Shown one piece after another: positions 42,894 through 51,679 of a stretch of DNA of 60,687 bases. A model generated the notes under the pieces. The model was not told the origin of the DNA. It worked only from the letters and a program-made list of their open reading frames with translations, and did not search any database. A program made the translations under genes and the position numbers. The DNA comes from Patescibacteria group bacterium (lineage in GTDB: Bacteria > Patescibacteriota > Minisyncoccia > Phycocordibacterales > UBA2100), in contig JBBTXY010000019.1 in assembly GCA_038062075.1 (NCBI GenBank), positions 1-60,687 on the forward strand. Reading direction: 5' to 3'. How positions within the stretch are numbered: the stretch's first letter is position 1; each line of letters opens with the position of its first letter.

Positions 42894-44111
42894 TTAGAGC
42901 CTTCGATCAGCTCTAAGACGACTTAATACTTCAGTAAAGGAGAATGGGCTCTCGGCGATGATGAGGATGTTCCGCGTGGGGAACGAATAGTAGAGCTGGA
43001 TCGTGCCGCTGTCGTCTTTGAGGGCACGAACGTCGTAGTTACGCATTACGGTATCCGCGAATTCGCGGGCGATGGGGACGCCATCGGGGCCTGTCGCTTG
43101 CGCTGAGAGCCCGGTAAACAAGGGATCGAGATCGGCGTTTATGTATGGCTCCCATTCGAGCATCGCGGCGAAGGCGCGCTCGTAGGAGCGGACGGGGACG
43201 ATAATGACCGGCGCGTTCTCATCTACGGTGTGGATGCCGAAGAAGAAATCATCTCCGAGTGCACGCGCGAGCTCGGCGGGGGCACGCGTGCCGAGGGCGG
43301 TCAGGAATGCTCCGAACGTGATGGGTGTTGCGCTCACAGAGCCGCTTATCGGGTCGGTCACCGTGGTGACTGGTTCGATCTGGAGGATTGCGCCGAGGGT
43401 AAGTGCGTTCGAGGTGCGTGCGGACGCGAGTATCCGTCGCACATCTCCCGGCGCTTCGTTATCGATGGGAAATGGCACCTTCTGCTCCGCGAACAGGATA
43501 TTCGATTGAAGCGCAGCATTTGATTGCACGGCGCGCTGGTTAGTGATGACGTAAACAGCACCGAGCGCGAGTGCGCCAGTACCGAAAAGGAGGATGACAA
43601 TGAAGAGTGTGAAGAGTGAGTGTTTGCTCGCGCGGACTCTCGGCGGTGTACGCTTCTCGATGCGGTGCCGCTTCTCTTCTTCGAGTGCGATGGCACGCAC
43701 GTAGGAAATTTTGTTCTCCTGGACGACATGCTGGAGGTCGTCCTTGAGCGTGTGAAGGGAGCCCAGACGGTCGGGATGCATTGGCGGAGCTCCTCCTGGA
43801 GCCGTCCCACTTTCCGGGGTGGGAACAGGCGTAGTTTTCGGTAGAGGGACGTTCGGGTCGGCAAGCGACGTCGCGTATTGTTTTTGTGGGGCAGGGCCCT
43901 GTGGTGCTCCGGGAACTGTTCTGCGCTCAGGCAACTTTACCTCGCCGAGGATCTTCGTGATATCGGTCTGCAGTCCCCCACTTTCTAACCACTGTGGGTT
44001 CTGCGAAGGAGCCACTTCTTTTGCCGGCGCGGGCACTTTCAGCTCACTCCCTGATGAAAGTGGGGGATTAGATGCGGCGGCGTTGTTCGGTGTTGTAGCG
44101 TCGTTCCCCAT
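42894..44111 (-). CDS. membrane-anchored protein of unknown function (Pro-rich N-terminal region)
   Basis: 405-aa ORF with a single TM segment (LFTLFIVILLFGTGALALGAVYVI). It overlaps the pnp 3' end by 44 nt, so the true start may differ. Confidence 0.45.
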   Translation of the reverse strand: MGNDATTPNNAAASNPPLSSGSELKVPAPAKEVAPSQNPQWLESGGLQTDITKILGEVKLPERRTVPGAPQGPAPQKQYATSLADPNVPLPKTTPVPTPESGTAPGGAPPMHPDRLGSLHTLKDDLQHVVQENKISYVRAIALEEEKRHRIEKRTPPRVRASKHSLFTLFIVILLFGTGALALGAVYVITNQRAVQSNAALQSNILFAEQKVPFPIDNEAPGDVRRILASARTSNALTLGAILQIEPVTTVTDPISGSVSATPITFGAFLTALGTRAPAELARALGDDFFFGIHTVDENAPVIIVPVRSYERAFAAMLEWEPYINADLDPLFTGLSAQATGPDGVPIAREFADTVMRNYDVRALKDDSGTIQLYYSFPTRNILIIAESPFSFTEVLSRLRADRRL

Positions 44112-46266
44112 TGTTCTCGCGGCCGCCGCCCTGGCTCGGGACGAGTCCTTTCCTCGCCGCGAATTCCGGGTCGGCTGCCTTTATGGAGAGATTATACCGC
44201 CCTTTCTCGTCGATCTCTTTCAGGACGACGGGCACAACGTCGCCGACCTGCACCGCCTGTGCGATGTTCTCGATACGAAACGGTGCGACTTCGGAGACGT
44301 GCACCAAGCCTTCCGTATTGGGGCCGATCTTCACGAAGGCGCCGAAATCCATAAGACGCGTGACGGTGCCCTCGAAGCGCTCACCGGGCGTGTACTCGTG
44401 CGTGAGGTCCTCGATCTCTTTGTATGCGGCCTCGGCCGCACCGAGTTTGCCCGTAATGAATATCGTACCGTCTTCTTCGATGGTGATGTCGTCGGCCCCT
44501 GTCTTTTCCTTGATGCCATTGATGGTCTTTCCGCCCGGGCCGATGACGAGGCCGATCTGGTCGACTTTGACCTTCAAGGTAAGTATCTTCGGCGCGCGCG
44601 GGCTGATGTCGGCGCGCGGTGCTGCGATTTCTTTCGCGATGACCTCCAAGATCTGCAGACGCGCCTTTTTCGCTTGCGCGAACGCTTCTGCCAGGACGTT
44701 AAGCGGCACGCCGTCCACTTTCACATCCATTTGCACGCCGGTGACACCTTCCGAGGTTCCTGCAACCTTGAAATCCATATCGCCATGATGGTCTTCGGGG
44801 CCTTGGATGTCGGTCAAGACTTTGTAGATGCCTGCCTGTGCATCTGACATCATGCCCATCGCGATGCCAGCGACCGGCTTCGTGATGGGGACGCCCGCAT
44901 CCATGAGGGCAACGGTTCCTGCGCAGACGCTCGCCATTGAGGTCGAGCCGTTCGAGGCAAGACAATCCGCGACGATGCGGATGGTGTAGGGGAATTGTTC
45001 TTTCGCTGGCAAGACAGCGCGTAGTGATTTCTCCGCCAAGGCGCCATGGCCGATCATGCGGCGATTAAAGCCGCCAACACGGCCGGTCTCGCCGACGCTG
45101 TAGGGCGGGAAGTTGTAGTGAAGCATGAAGGTTTTCTTTTTGTCTTGGAATTCGATGGTGTCGATGAGCTGCGCGTCGCCGGGACCGCCTAAGGTAAGCG
45201 CGGCCAAGACGTGCGTCTCGCCGCGGTAGAACAGGCCGGTGCCGTGGATGATGGGCGAGATGCCGCCAGCTTGTGCGAAAAGCGGGCGTATCTCATCGAG
45301 TGCACGGCCATCAACGCGTTTCCCCTCTTTCGTTGTGAGGTCGTGCACATATTGGTCAATACGATGTTCATAGTACGTGTCGATGACGCCTGCCGGCACA
45401 TCAGGGAACGTGAGTGCTGCATGTGCCGACCAATTCGTTTTGAATTTCCCAAGGTTTTTCTTGGTGATGCGTCCATTCATTGCCGCGAGCTCTGTGCCGA
45501 CGATCTCTTCGAACGCAGGCGCAAGTTTCGCATCGTCTTCGAACGGCGCGATGAAGGTGGCCTTTGCGACGGCGCGTTCAGCAACGATCTGTTTCTGCCA
45601 TGTCTGGATCTTCTCGATCTCTTTGACGGCGCCCGCAAGGGCAGCGGTGAGGACATCTTCCGATACTTCACGGGCATTCACTTCGATCATGTTGACCATC
45701 CCGTCTTTTCCGGAAACGGTGAGGTCCAGTTTTGCCTTCGGCGGCAGCTCATCAGAGCGCTGGCCGTAGCTCGGGTTCACGACGAGTTCTTCCCCATCGC
45801 CGGGGATCCCGATGCGCACGGCGGAGACTGGCCCATTCCATGGAATGTCTGACGTTGCGAGTGCGAGGGACGCCGCGTTCACCGCAAGGATGTCGGTATC
45901 GTAATCTTCAAGCGAAAGGACGGTAACCATCACCTGCACGTCGCGCTTTAGTCCCTTCGGAAAGAGGGGGCGGATAGTGCGATCGACGATGCGGCCGGAG
46001 AGCACGGCCTCGTCCGAAGGCCGGCCTTCGCGACGCATGAAGCGGCTGCCCAAGATGGCGCCCGTCGCATAGAACTTCTCTTCGTATTCGACGGAGAGCG
46101 GGAAGTAATCGAGGTTCGACTCCTTCGCGCTCATGACGGCGGTCGCGAGGACCGCACTGTTGCCGTATCTCACGAGGACCGAGCCGTTCGCCTGATTCGC
46201 CCAGTCATTGAACTCGGCGGTTAACGTTTTTCCGCCAACTTCGACGGAGTATTCTTTCTTTTGCAT
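44068..46266 (-). CDS. pnp: polyribonucleotide nucleotidyltransferase (PNPase)
   Basis: Two RNase PH domains, a KH domain and an S1 domain (GERFEGTVTRLMDFGAFVKI). Confidence 0.95.
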   Translation of the reverse strand: MQKKEYSVEVGGKTLTAEFNDWANQANGSVLVRYGNSAVLATAVMSAKESNLDYFPLSVEYEEKFYATGAILGSRFMRREGRPSDEAVLSGRIVDRTIRPLFPKGLKRDVQVMVTVLSLEDYDTDILAVNAASLALATSDIPWNGPVSAVRIGIPGDGEELVVNPSYGQRSDELPPKAKLDLTVSGKDGMVNMIEVNAREVSEDVLTAALAGAVKEIEKIQTWQKQIVAERAVAKATFIAPFEDDAKLAPAFEEIVGTELAAMNGRITKKNLGKFKTNWSAHAALTFPDVPAGVIDTYYEHRIDQYVHDLTTKEGKRVDGRALDEIRPLFAQAGGISPIIHGTGLFYRGETHVLAALTLGGPGDAQLIDTIEFQDKKKTFMLHYNFPPYSVGETGRVGGFNRRMIGHGALAEKSLRAVLPAKEQFPYTIRIVADCLASNGSTSMASVCAGTVALMDAGVPITKPVAGIAMGMMSDAQAGIYKVLTDIQGPEDHHGDMDFKVAGTSEGVTGVQMDVKVDGVPLNVLAEAFAQAKKARLQILEVIAKEIAAPRADISPRAPKILTLKVKVDQIGLVIGPGGKTINGIKEKTGADDITIEEDGTIFITGKLGAAEAAYKEIEDLTHEYTPGERFEGTVTRLMDFGAFVKIGPNTEGLVHVSEVAPFRIENIAQAVQVGDVVPVVLKEIDEKGRYNLSIKAADPEFAARKGLVPSQGGGRENNGERRYNTEQRRRI

Positions 46267-46292
46267 TGTCTCTTTGGTAACGACCAGACCTG

Positions 46293-46399
46293 CCCCGTAG
46301 TGAGTCTCTATGTCTATCCCGCAGGACAGTTCAATTCCTGATTGTGTCTCCCGATCGGTGTCAGACTACGCAATCAAAAATTGAGACTCTACTACGGGG
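46293..46399 (-). promoter_or_regulatory. long-range stem in the pnp 5' leader
   Basis: CCCCGTAGTGAGTCTC (46293-46308) is complementary to GAGACTCTACTACGGGG (46383-46399) with one bulge. It lies 27 nt upstream of the pnp ATG. Confidence 0.4.
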
Positions 46400-46511
46400 T
46401 TTCAGCAAAGAACCACCACTGCCTATCCGAGCGCCACGGCTATTCTAATGTGGAAACAGTACCATATACCATCCTTCTTGTCGCCTGCGGCTGCATGATA
46501 GTATTCGTAAC

Positions 46512-46880
46512 ATGACAGAAACTCCTTCACATCAACCCGGGAGGCAGAAAGAGTTGTCTAAGGAAGACATAAAAAAGATAGAAGAGAAAGCATCTGATAT
46601 ATTACAGCCCATTCTCGAAGAGCTTGAGGATTCGACTAAGGAGCGTTATGTAAAAGCTAATAAGGCCATAAGGGATGCGTTAAAAGAAGTTGACCCTAAT
46701 CATGAAATGACCTACGAGGAGAGTTTATACATGGTCCAATATTTTCATAGAAAAATGACAAGCGGGCTTATTCGCGTAATGAACGAACATATGCTTAATG
46801 GCATACCGGGCGACCAGAAATTCGTCGGTGATTTCATTGATGAATCCCTTGCCCGCCAAGGATTCCCTCGCCGTAAATAG
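46512..46880 (+). CDS. hypothetical protein
   Basis: 122-aa ORF in an AT-richer segment. No family recognised. Confidence 0.35.
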   Translation: MTETPSHQPGRQKELSKEDIKKIEEKASDILQPILEELEDSTKERYVKANKAIRDALKEVDPNHEMTYEESLYMVQYFHRKMTSGLIRVMNEHMLNGIPGDQKFVGDFIDESLARQGFPRRK

Positions 46881-47255
46881 TGAAGAAATTTTACTCCAAC
46901 TCACGCTCTGTCTCGTCCGGTGTCTCCTGCGGGGTCTGCGCAGAAAATAGAAAAATAGGGGTCAGAAAAATAGGGGTCAGGTACCATTTATGCCAAGGCG
47001 AATATTCAGTTCCCACTTCGCTCCTTTGCGTTCGCTCTTATTGACTCTCCGTTTTCCATAGGGACGGGCGTGTTTCCACCATCCGGTAGCGGATCTGGAT
47101 TTTTTGGATGCGTACCGCAGTTTTCTCATGTGGCAAGTATATCCTCATAATTGGATGCAGGGACACTGTGTACCTACAATAAGGCACTTGAGATTCAAGA
47201 TCGATAGCCGTCACCCCATCCCTCATCCGGCATTTCGGTCGGAGCGGTTTCGCCA

Positions 47256-47714
47256 TCACGTGCCGTCCTTTTCCGCGACGTGCGCGGCAAAGCCACCGCC
47301 TTGTTTGTAGGCGACAAGCTTTTTGACAAATTCCTCTGGCGTCATGATGTTGATGCCTTTCAAAGGCCGCAGCGAAAGGATGTCATCGTCGCCTGTTATG
47401 AGGGCGTTCGCCTTCCCCTCGAACGCGGTTTCAATGACCATATTGTCTCGTGGGTCGCGGCAAATGTGCAGTGTTCCAGGAATCTCGACCTGGTCAGAAG
47501 CTTGGATATATGTCGCAAGAAGTGCGAGCCGCTCGTTCCGCGGAGTATACGCGTCGAACTTCGAACTGGACATGACGCGGCCGTATTCGCGTATCATCGC
47601 ATCTGAAACGAGCGGCGTATGGAAACGCATGGTCAGCACCAGGGCACTGCGCGGCACGCTCTCATCGAACAATGCGGCGCTGACGAGAACGCTGGTGTCT
47701 ACAACGACCCGCAT
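47256..47714 (-). CDS. PIN-domain type II toxin (VapC-like)
   Basis: MRVVVDTSVLVSA... with the acidic residues of a PIN fold (D6, E.., ITGDDD). Confidence 0.8.
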   Translation of the reverse strand: MRVVVDTSVLVSAALFDESVPRSALVLTMRFHTPLVSDAMIREYGRVMSSSKFDAYTPRNERLALLATYIQASDQVEIPGTLHICRDPRDNMVIETAFEGKANALITGDDDILSLRPLKGINIMTPEEFVKKLVAYKQGGGFAAHVAEKDGT

Positions 47715-47720
47715 ACTGAC

Positions 47721-47978
47721 CTATGCGCCCAGCTCGTCAAGAATTTTTCGCAATTTTTTTTGTGTAAGACCGCGTTTCTTTGCCTCAGCGCTGAGTTGGT
47801 CGGCGAGCATCAGCACGCGATACCTCGCGATAAGCTTGTACTCTTCCGGCGACATGACGATAAGTTCGGGCTCGCCGTTGTTGGTGATGGTAACGGGCGC
47901 GCGCCGGACGGCGCGTTTGAGCATACCAAAGCGGTTTTTTGCCTCACGCGCGGAAACGGTTGTTATGTCTCTTGCCAT
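47721..47978 (-). CDS. Phd/YefM-like antitoxin
   Basis: The start is taken at MARDITTVSAREAKNRFGMLKRAVRRAPVTITNNGEPELIVMSPEEY. It ends 6 nt before the PIN toxin start. Confidence 0.6.
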   Translation of the reverse strand: MARDITTVSAREAKNRFGMLKRAVRRAPVTITNNGEPELIVMSPEEYKLIARYRVLMLADQLSAEAKKRGLTQKKLRKILDELGA

Positions 47979-48043
47979 GCGATGTATTGTAGCTATGAGA
48001 GCTACAATCTGCAAGCGGCGCGCGCGGGGCATCTTATAGAGAG

Positions 48044-48643
48044 CTACTCCATCCCCATTTCTTTTTCCATCTCGTCTGGCATTTCGGTGGGGGCGTTGTG
48101 AGTACCGCGGGAGCTGGTGCGGCGAGAGCTCCCGCGGAATCCGAGGAGATAGCGCCGCGGGTCCTCATCGAGGTCAAGGAAATCATCCGCCGCTTCTTTC
48201 AGCTTACTTGAGGTCGACCGGCCGAAGGAGACCACCTCGACCTGGCAGCCGCCGTGGGTCTGGAGGTATTCCACGAGGGGGACGAAGTCGCCGTCCCCGG
48301 TAACGAGGATGATGGTGTCCAGCTTCGGGGAGGCGGTAATGGCGTCGACAGCAAGCCCGACATCCCAATCGGCCTTTTTGGCGCCTCCGAAGAATATCTG
48401 TAATTCTTTTGTTATCATCTCGATGCCAATTTTCCCCAGGGCCTCGAAAAAGGCTTTTTCCTCGCCGCTCTCCGTCGTCACGGAATATGCGCGGGCGCGG
48501 ATAAGGCGCCGCCCCGCGACTGAATCCTTGAGAACGTTGCCGAAATTGACGCGCGCATGATAGAGATTCTTCGCGCTATGGTAGAGATTCTGCGTGTCGA
48601 TAAAGACGCCGACGCGCTGTTCAGGGTGTTTGATAATTGACAT
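48044..48643 (-). CDS. NYN-domain (LabA-like) protein
   Basis: VGVFIDTQNLYHS...DWDVGLAVDAI...IILVTGDGDFVPLVEYL is the NYN/LabA pattern. Confidence 0.8.
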   Translation of the reverse strand: MSIIKHPEQRVGVFIDTQNLYHSAKNLYHARVNFGNVLKDSVAGRRLIRARAYSVTTESGEEKAFFEALGKIGIEMITKELQIFFGGAKKADWDVGLAVDAITASPKLDTIILVTGDGDFVPLVEYLQTHGGCQVEVVSFGRSTSSKLKEAADDFLDLDEDPRRYLLGFRGSSRRTSSRGTHNAPTEMPDEMEKEMGME

Positions 48644-48790
48644 AGCTTTCAGCTGTCAGCTTTTAGCTTTCAGCAATAAAATACCAAATCTAATAAAAAC
48701 GTATGCAAAGCGCATGAATGCGCTTTCTAAGTATAACTGACGGGGCGGTTTCCGCTTTTCCTGAAAGCTGATACCTGAAAGCTGACAGCT
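48644..48790. repeat. 'empty' AGCTTTCAG-type inverted-repeat bracket (no ORF inside)
   Basis: Left arm 48644-48674 (AGCTTTCAGCTGTCAGCTTTTAGCTTTCAGC) and right arm 48761-48790. The 23-mer CTGAAAGCTGATACCTGAAAGCT (48761-48783) is identical to 29651-29673. The ~86-nt interior contains the hairpin AAAGCGCAtgaaTGCGCTTT. Confidence 0.6.
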
Positions 48791-49055
48791 ACTTCTTCAG
48801 TCCGAGCTTCCTGGTCAAGGCGCTATAGGCGCGCTTGTTGGTGGCCTCGAGGTACTTCAAGTGCTTCCGGCGGTCGGCGACAAGGCCGAGAAGCCCGCGG
48901 CGGGAGCTTTTGTCCTTCCGGTTCTTATCCAAATGGGCAGAAAGTTCCTCAATGCGACGCGTCAAAATAGCGACCTGCACCTCGGGCGAACCCGTATCGG
49001 TGTCGTGGCGCGCTGCTTTCTTCATCTCGTTCTCCTTCTTACGCTTCGTCAGCAT
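48789..49055 (-). CDS. rpsO: 30S ribosomal protein S15
   Basis: The start is taken at MLTKRKK. DTGSPEVQVAILT...HLDKNRKDKSSRRGLL...RKLGL matches S15. Confidence 0.9.
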   Translation of the reverse strand: MLTKRKKENEMKKAARHDTDTGSPEVQVAILTRRIEELSAHLDKNRKDKSSRRGLLGLVADRRKHLKYLEATNKRAYSALTRKLGLKK

Positions 49056-49107
49056 GGGCGTTAATGTAGCACATTCCCCGCCCCTTCGCAACCCCTGCGC
49101 GTGTTTT

Positions 49108-49638
49108 TTATTCTTGCGTTTCCTGGACTCCTTCAGCGGGTGCCGCAGGCGCACTCTCGACCTTTACGAGCTTAATGTCGAAGACCAAGGTCGAATTCGC
49201 AGGGATGATGACTATGCCAGCTGGGTCTTTCACATCCTGGTTGCCGTAACCGAATTCCGGCGGGATGGCGATGCGCCGTTCTCCTCCCTCTTTCATGCTG
49301 TTTACGCCAATTTGGAAGCCGGGGATAATTCCTTCTGCGCCGAGCTGGAAGACGAGTGGTTGGTTACCGTTCTTCTCGGAACTGTCGAAGACTGTGCCGT
49401 CTTGGAGCCTGCCGACGTAGAGCACGGAGACGAGGGAGCCCGGTGTCGCTTCCGCACCGGTGCCGATGGTAACGTCTTGTCCCTGCACTTGCGATGCGGC
49501 TGCAGTTGCCGCCTGATCCTCATTTGTGTCAGTTGTTTCTGGAGTGGACGACATAGAGGGACCGAATTTCCAATAGAGAAAGATTCCGCCGATAATAACT
49601 ACGATAACGATTGCCCAAATGATGATACTTCGTGTCAT
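49108..49638 (-). CDS. FKBP-type peptidyl-prolyl cis-trans isomerase, membrane-anchored
   Basis: N-terminal TM segment followed by an FKBP domain (VLYVGRLQDGTVFDSS...FQLGAEGIIPGFQIGVNSMKEGGERRIAIPPEFGYG). Confidence 0.85.
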   Translation of the reverse strand: MTRSIIIWAIVIVVIIGGIFLYWKFGPSMSSTPETTDTNEDQAATAAASQVQGQDVTIGTGAEATPGSLVSVLYVGRLQDGTVFDSSEKNGNQPLVFQLGAEGIIPGFQIGVNSMKEGGERRIAIPPEFGYGNQDVKDPAGIVIIPANSTLVFDIKLVKVESAPAAPAEGVQETQE

Positions 49639-49806
49639 CGGGTAACCATACTCCGTTAGATTTTTCGTGCAACTGTGCATAAGATTCGCTCGGGCACATA
49701 CTCCTTCGAAGTCGCTGTCTGGCCGCTCCTGCGGCAGCGCTCACTCTCGGCCCGGCCTGCGAGAGACCTCGAAGAAGTATGTACCCTCGCTCTGGTTGCT
49801 AGAAAA

Positions 49807-50961
49807 ATGCATACTGCAGGTATGGTTGAGCCATTAGCATCACAGATACGACCGAAGAACCTTCATGAATTCGTAGGTCAGGCGCATCTCGTCGGCGCGG
49901 GGAAGCCCTTGCGCGTTGCCATTGAGAAGAAAGAGTTCTTCTCCTTCATTCTTTGGGGACCGCCCGGCTCGGGAAAGACGACGCTCGCGCGCATCTACGC
50001 GAATGCCGTCGGCGCAGATTTCTTCGAGCTCTCGGCGGTGGATGCGGGGAAGGAAGATATCCGGAAGGTGATCGGTGCGCGCGGCACGCTCCTTGCCGCG
50101 AAACCCCGCGTGCTCTTTGTGGATGAAATCCATCGTTTCAATAAAGCCCAGCAGGATTTCCTTCTCCCCTTCGTCGAGCGTGGTGACATCACGCTCGTGG
50201 GGGCCACGACGGAGAATCCGTCATTCGAGGTCATCGCTCCCCTTCTCTCGCGTTGCCGCGTGTTCGTGCTGAGTGAGCTCGGCGAGAAAGACATGGAGAA
50301 GATCATCGCGCGGACGAAGCTGAAGGTCCCGAAGGATGCGCGCGACTGGCTCATCCGAATGGCGCAAGGCGACGCGCGGCAAGCCATCACGGTTTTAGAA
50401 ACCGCCGACAAACTCTATAGAAAGATCACCGTTGAAACACTAAAAGAAGCCATCCAGTCGCGCCACTTGCGTTACGATAAGAAAGGCGAAGAACACTACA
50501 ACACTATCTCTGCGTTCATAAAATCCATGCGTGCCGGGCAGCCCGATGCTGCCATCTATTACCTTGCACGGATGGTTGAAGCCGGCGAAGATCCAAAATT
50601 CATCGCGCGTCGCATGATTATTTTCGCGAGCGAAGACATTGGACTCGCACAACCTACGGCGCTTGTAGTTGCCAACGCCGTCTTTGAAGCAGTGAACAAG
50701 ATCGGCTATCCGGAAGCGTCGATCAATCTCGCGCATGGCGTCGTGTACCTCGCGCAGTCGAAGAAAGACAGGAGCGCCTACGAGGCTCTCGGCGCAGCAT
50801 TAGAAGACGTGAAAAAATTCGGTAATCTTCCCATCCCGATGAAAGTTCGTAATCCAGTCACGAAACTCATGAAAAATCTCGAGTATGGAAAAGGCTATGA
50901 GAAGTACGATAAGGAATCGTATCTGCCGGAGAAGCTTAAAAAAAGAAAGTATCTAAAATAG
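49807..50961 (+). CDS. rarA: replication-associated recombination protein A (RarA/MgsA)
   Basis: GPPGSGKTTLA, LFVDEIHRFNK and the MgsA C-terminal domain (YYLARMVEAGEDPKFIARRM). The start is at 49807 or 49822. Confidence 0.9.
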   Translation: MHTAGMVEPLASQIRPKNLHEFVGQAHLVGAGKPLRVAIEKKEFFSFILWGPPGSGKTTLARIYANAVGADFFELSAVDAGKEDIRKVIGARGTLLAAKPRVLFVDEIHRFNKAQQDFLLPFVERGDITLVGATTENPSFEVIAPLLSRCRVFVLSELGEKDMEKIIARTKLKVPKDARDWLIRMAQGDARQAITVLETADKLYRKITVETLKEAIQSRHLRYDKKGEEHYNTISAFIKSMRAGQPDAAIYYLARMVEAGEDPKFIARRMIIFASEDIGLAQPTALVVANAVFEAVNKIGYPEASINLAHGVVYLAQSKKDRSAYEALGAALEDVKKFGNLPIPMKVRNPVTKLMKNLEYGKGYEKYDKESYLPEKLKKRKYLK

Positions 50962-50982
50962 TTGGCATAAATACCACGAAAG

Positions 50983-51010
50983 AAGCCAGCTGCGTTTCCG
51001 CAGCTGGCTT
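50983..51010. terminator. bidirectional stem-loop between the convergent rarA and 51036..51521 genes
   Basis: AAGCCAGCTGCG-tttc-CGCAGCTGGCTT, a 12-bp perfect stem. Confidence 0.6.
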
Positions 51011-51035
51011 TAGAGGGTCACATTTGTGCGAGCTT

Positions 51036-51521
51036 TTACTGAAGATTGGATTTTTCCTCCGTGTATTTATGCTCCGCCTGACGCCTTTCTTTAGCTGCCT
51101 GTGGGATAAAACGACTGTCGTAGAATTCTATCCCACACATTTCATTGAGCGTCGTGCCGCGTCGGGCTTGCCAGATTGTGAACCACTCGATCCCGCACAC
51201 ATCTTTGCGAATGGATGCGAGGTTTACGATTTCTTTGGAGATTTCCGTGGTTCGATACTTGGTAGAGGTTGCGTGAGCGGATGCAGTTGCGATTGTCAGG
51301 CTTGTGTCGCACGCAACTCGTTGTAAGTGGTATACGCAATCCTCGACCAGTATGAATGCCCACAGCTCCTCATCTTGTTCGCAGAATCGCTCAAATAAGT
51401 CCCTTGTCGGAACAGATTCTTTTATTGTTACAAGAGTTTGCCCCGGGGTCCAGCGACTCCTGATTCCCCATAACCAGGGGTATTTGGCAAGCAGACGCGC
51501 TTGGGTAGCGAAGAAGGACAT
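51036..51521 (-). CDS. hypothetical protein
   Basis: 161-aa ORF in an AT-richer segment. No family recognised. Confidence 0.35.
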   Translation of the reverse strand: MSFFATQARLLAKYPWLWGIRSRWTPGQTLVTIKESVPTRDLFERFCEQDEELWAFILVEDCVYHLQRVACDTSLTIATASAHATSTKYRTTEISKEIVNLASIRKDVCGIEWFTIWQARRGTTLNEMCGIEFYDSRFIPQAAKERRQAEHKYTEEKSNLQ

Positions 51522-51679
51522 ATCTATGTCTCCCTTGTGGTGTTCTGTACGACCATCAGAACTGTGCTACGAGAATTTAATCTAGTCTATTAATTTTGGC
51601 AGCCATGTTGCATTGGGTCAAAATATGTTGATATTTATTGTTCTTATTATAATATAGTGTTGTCCAGAAAGACGACAGT

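Noticed and set aside
46932-46970. Tandem 15-nt repeat AAAAATAGGGGTCAG (about 2.6 copies), considered as a possible CRISPR or array.
   Set aside because: The copies are directly abutting with no spacers, there are only about 2.6 of them, and no cas genes are in the window. This is a simple tandem duplication.
47038-47259. 73-aa minus-strand ORF overlapping the PIN toxin stop by 4 nt, considered as a possible third component of the TA locus.
   Set aside because: No family was recognised, the composition is odd, and it overlaps an equally long plus-strand ORF. The evidence is insufficient to call it a gene.
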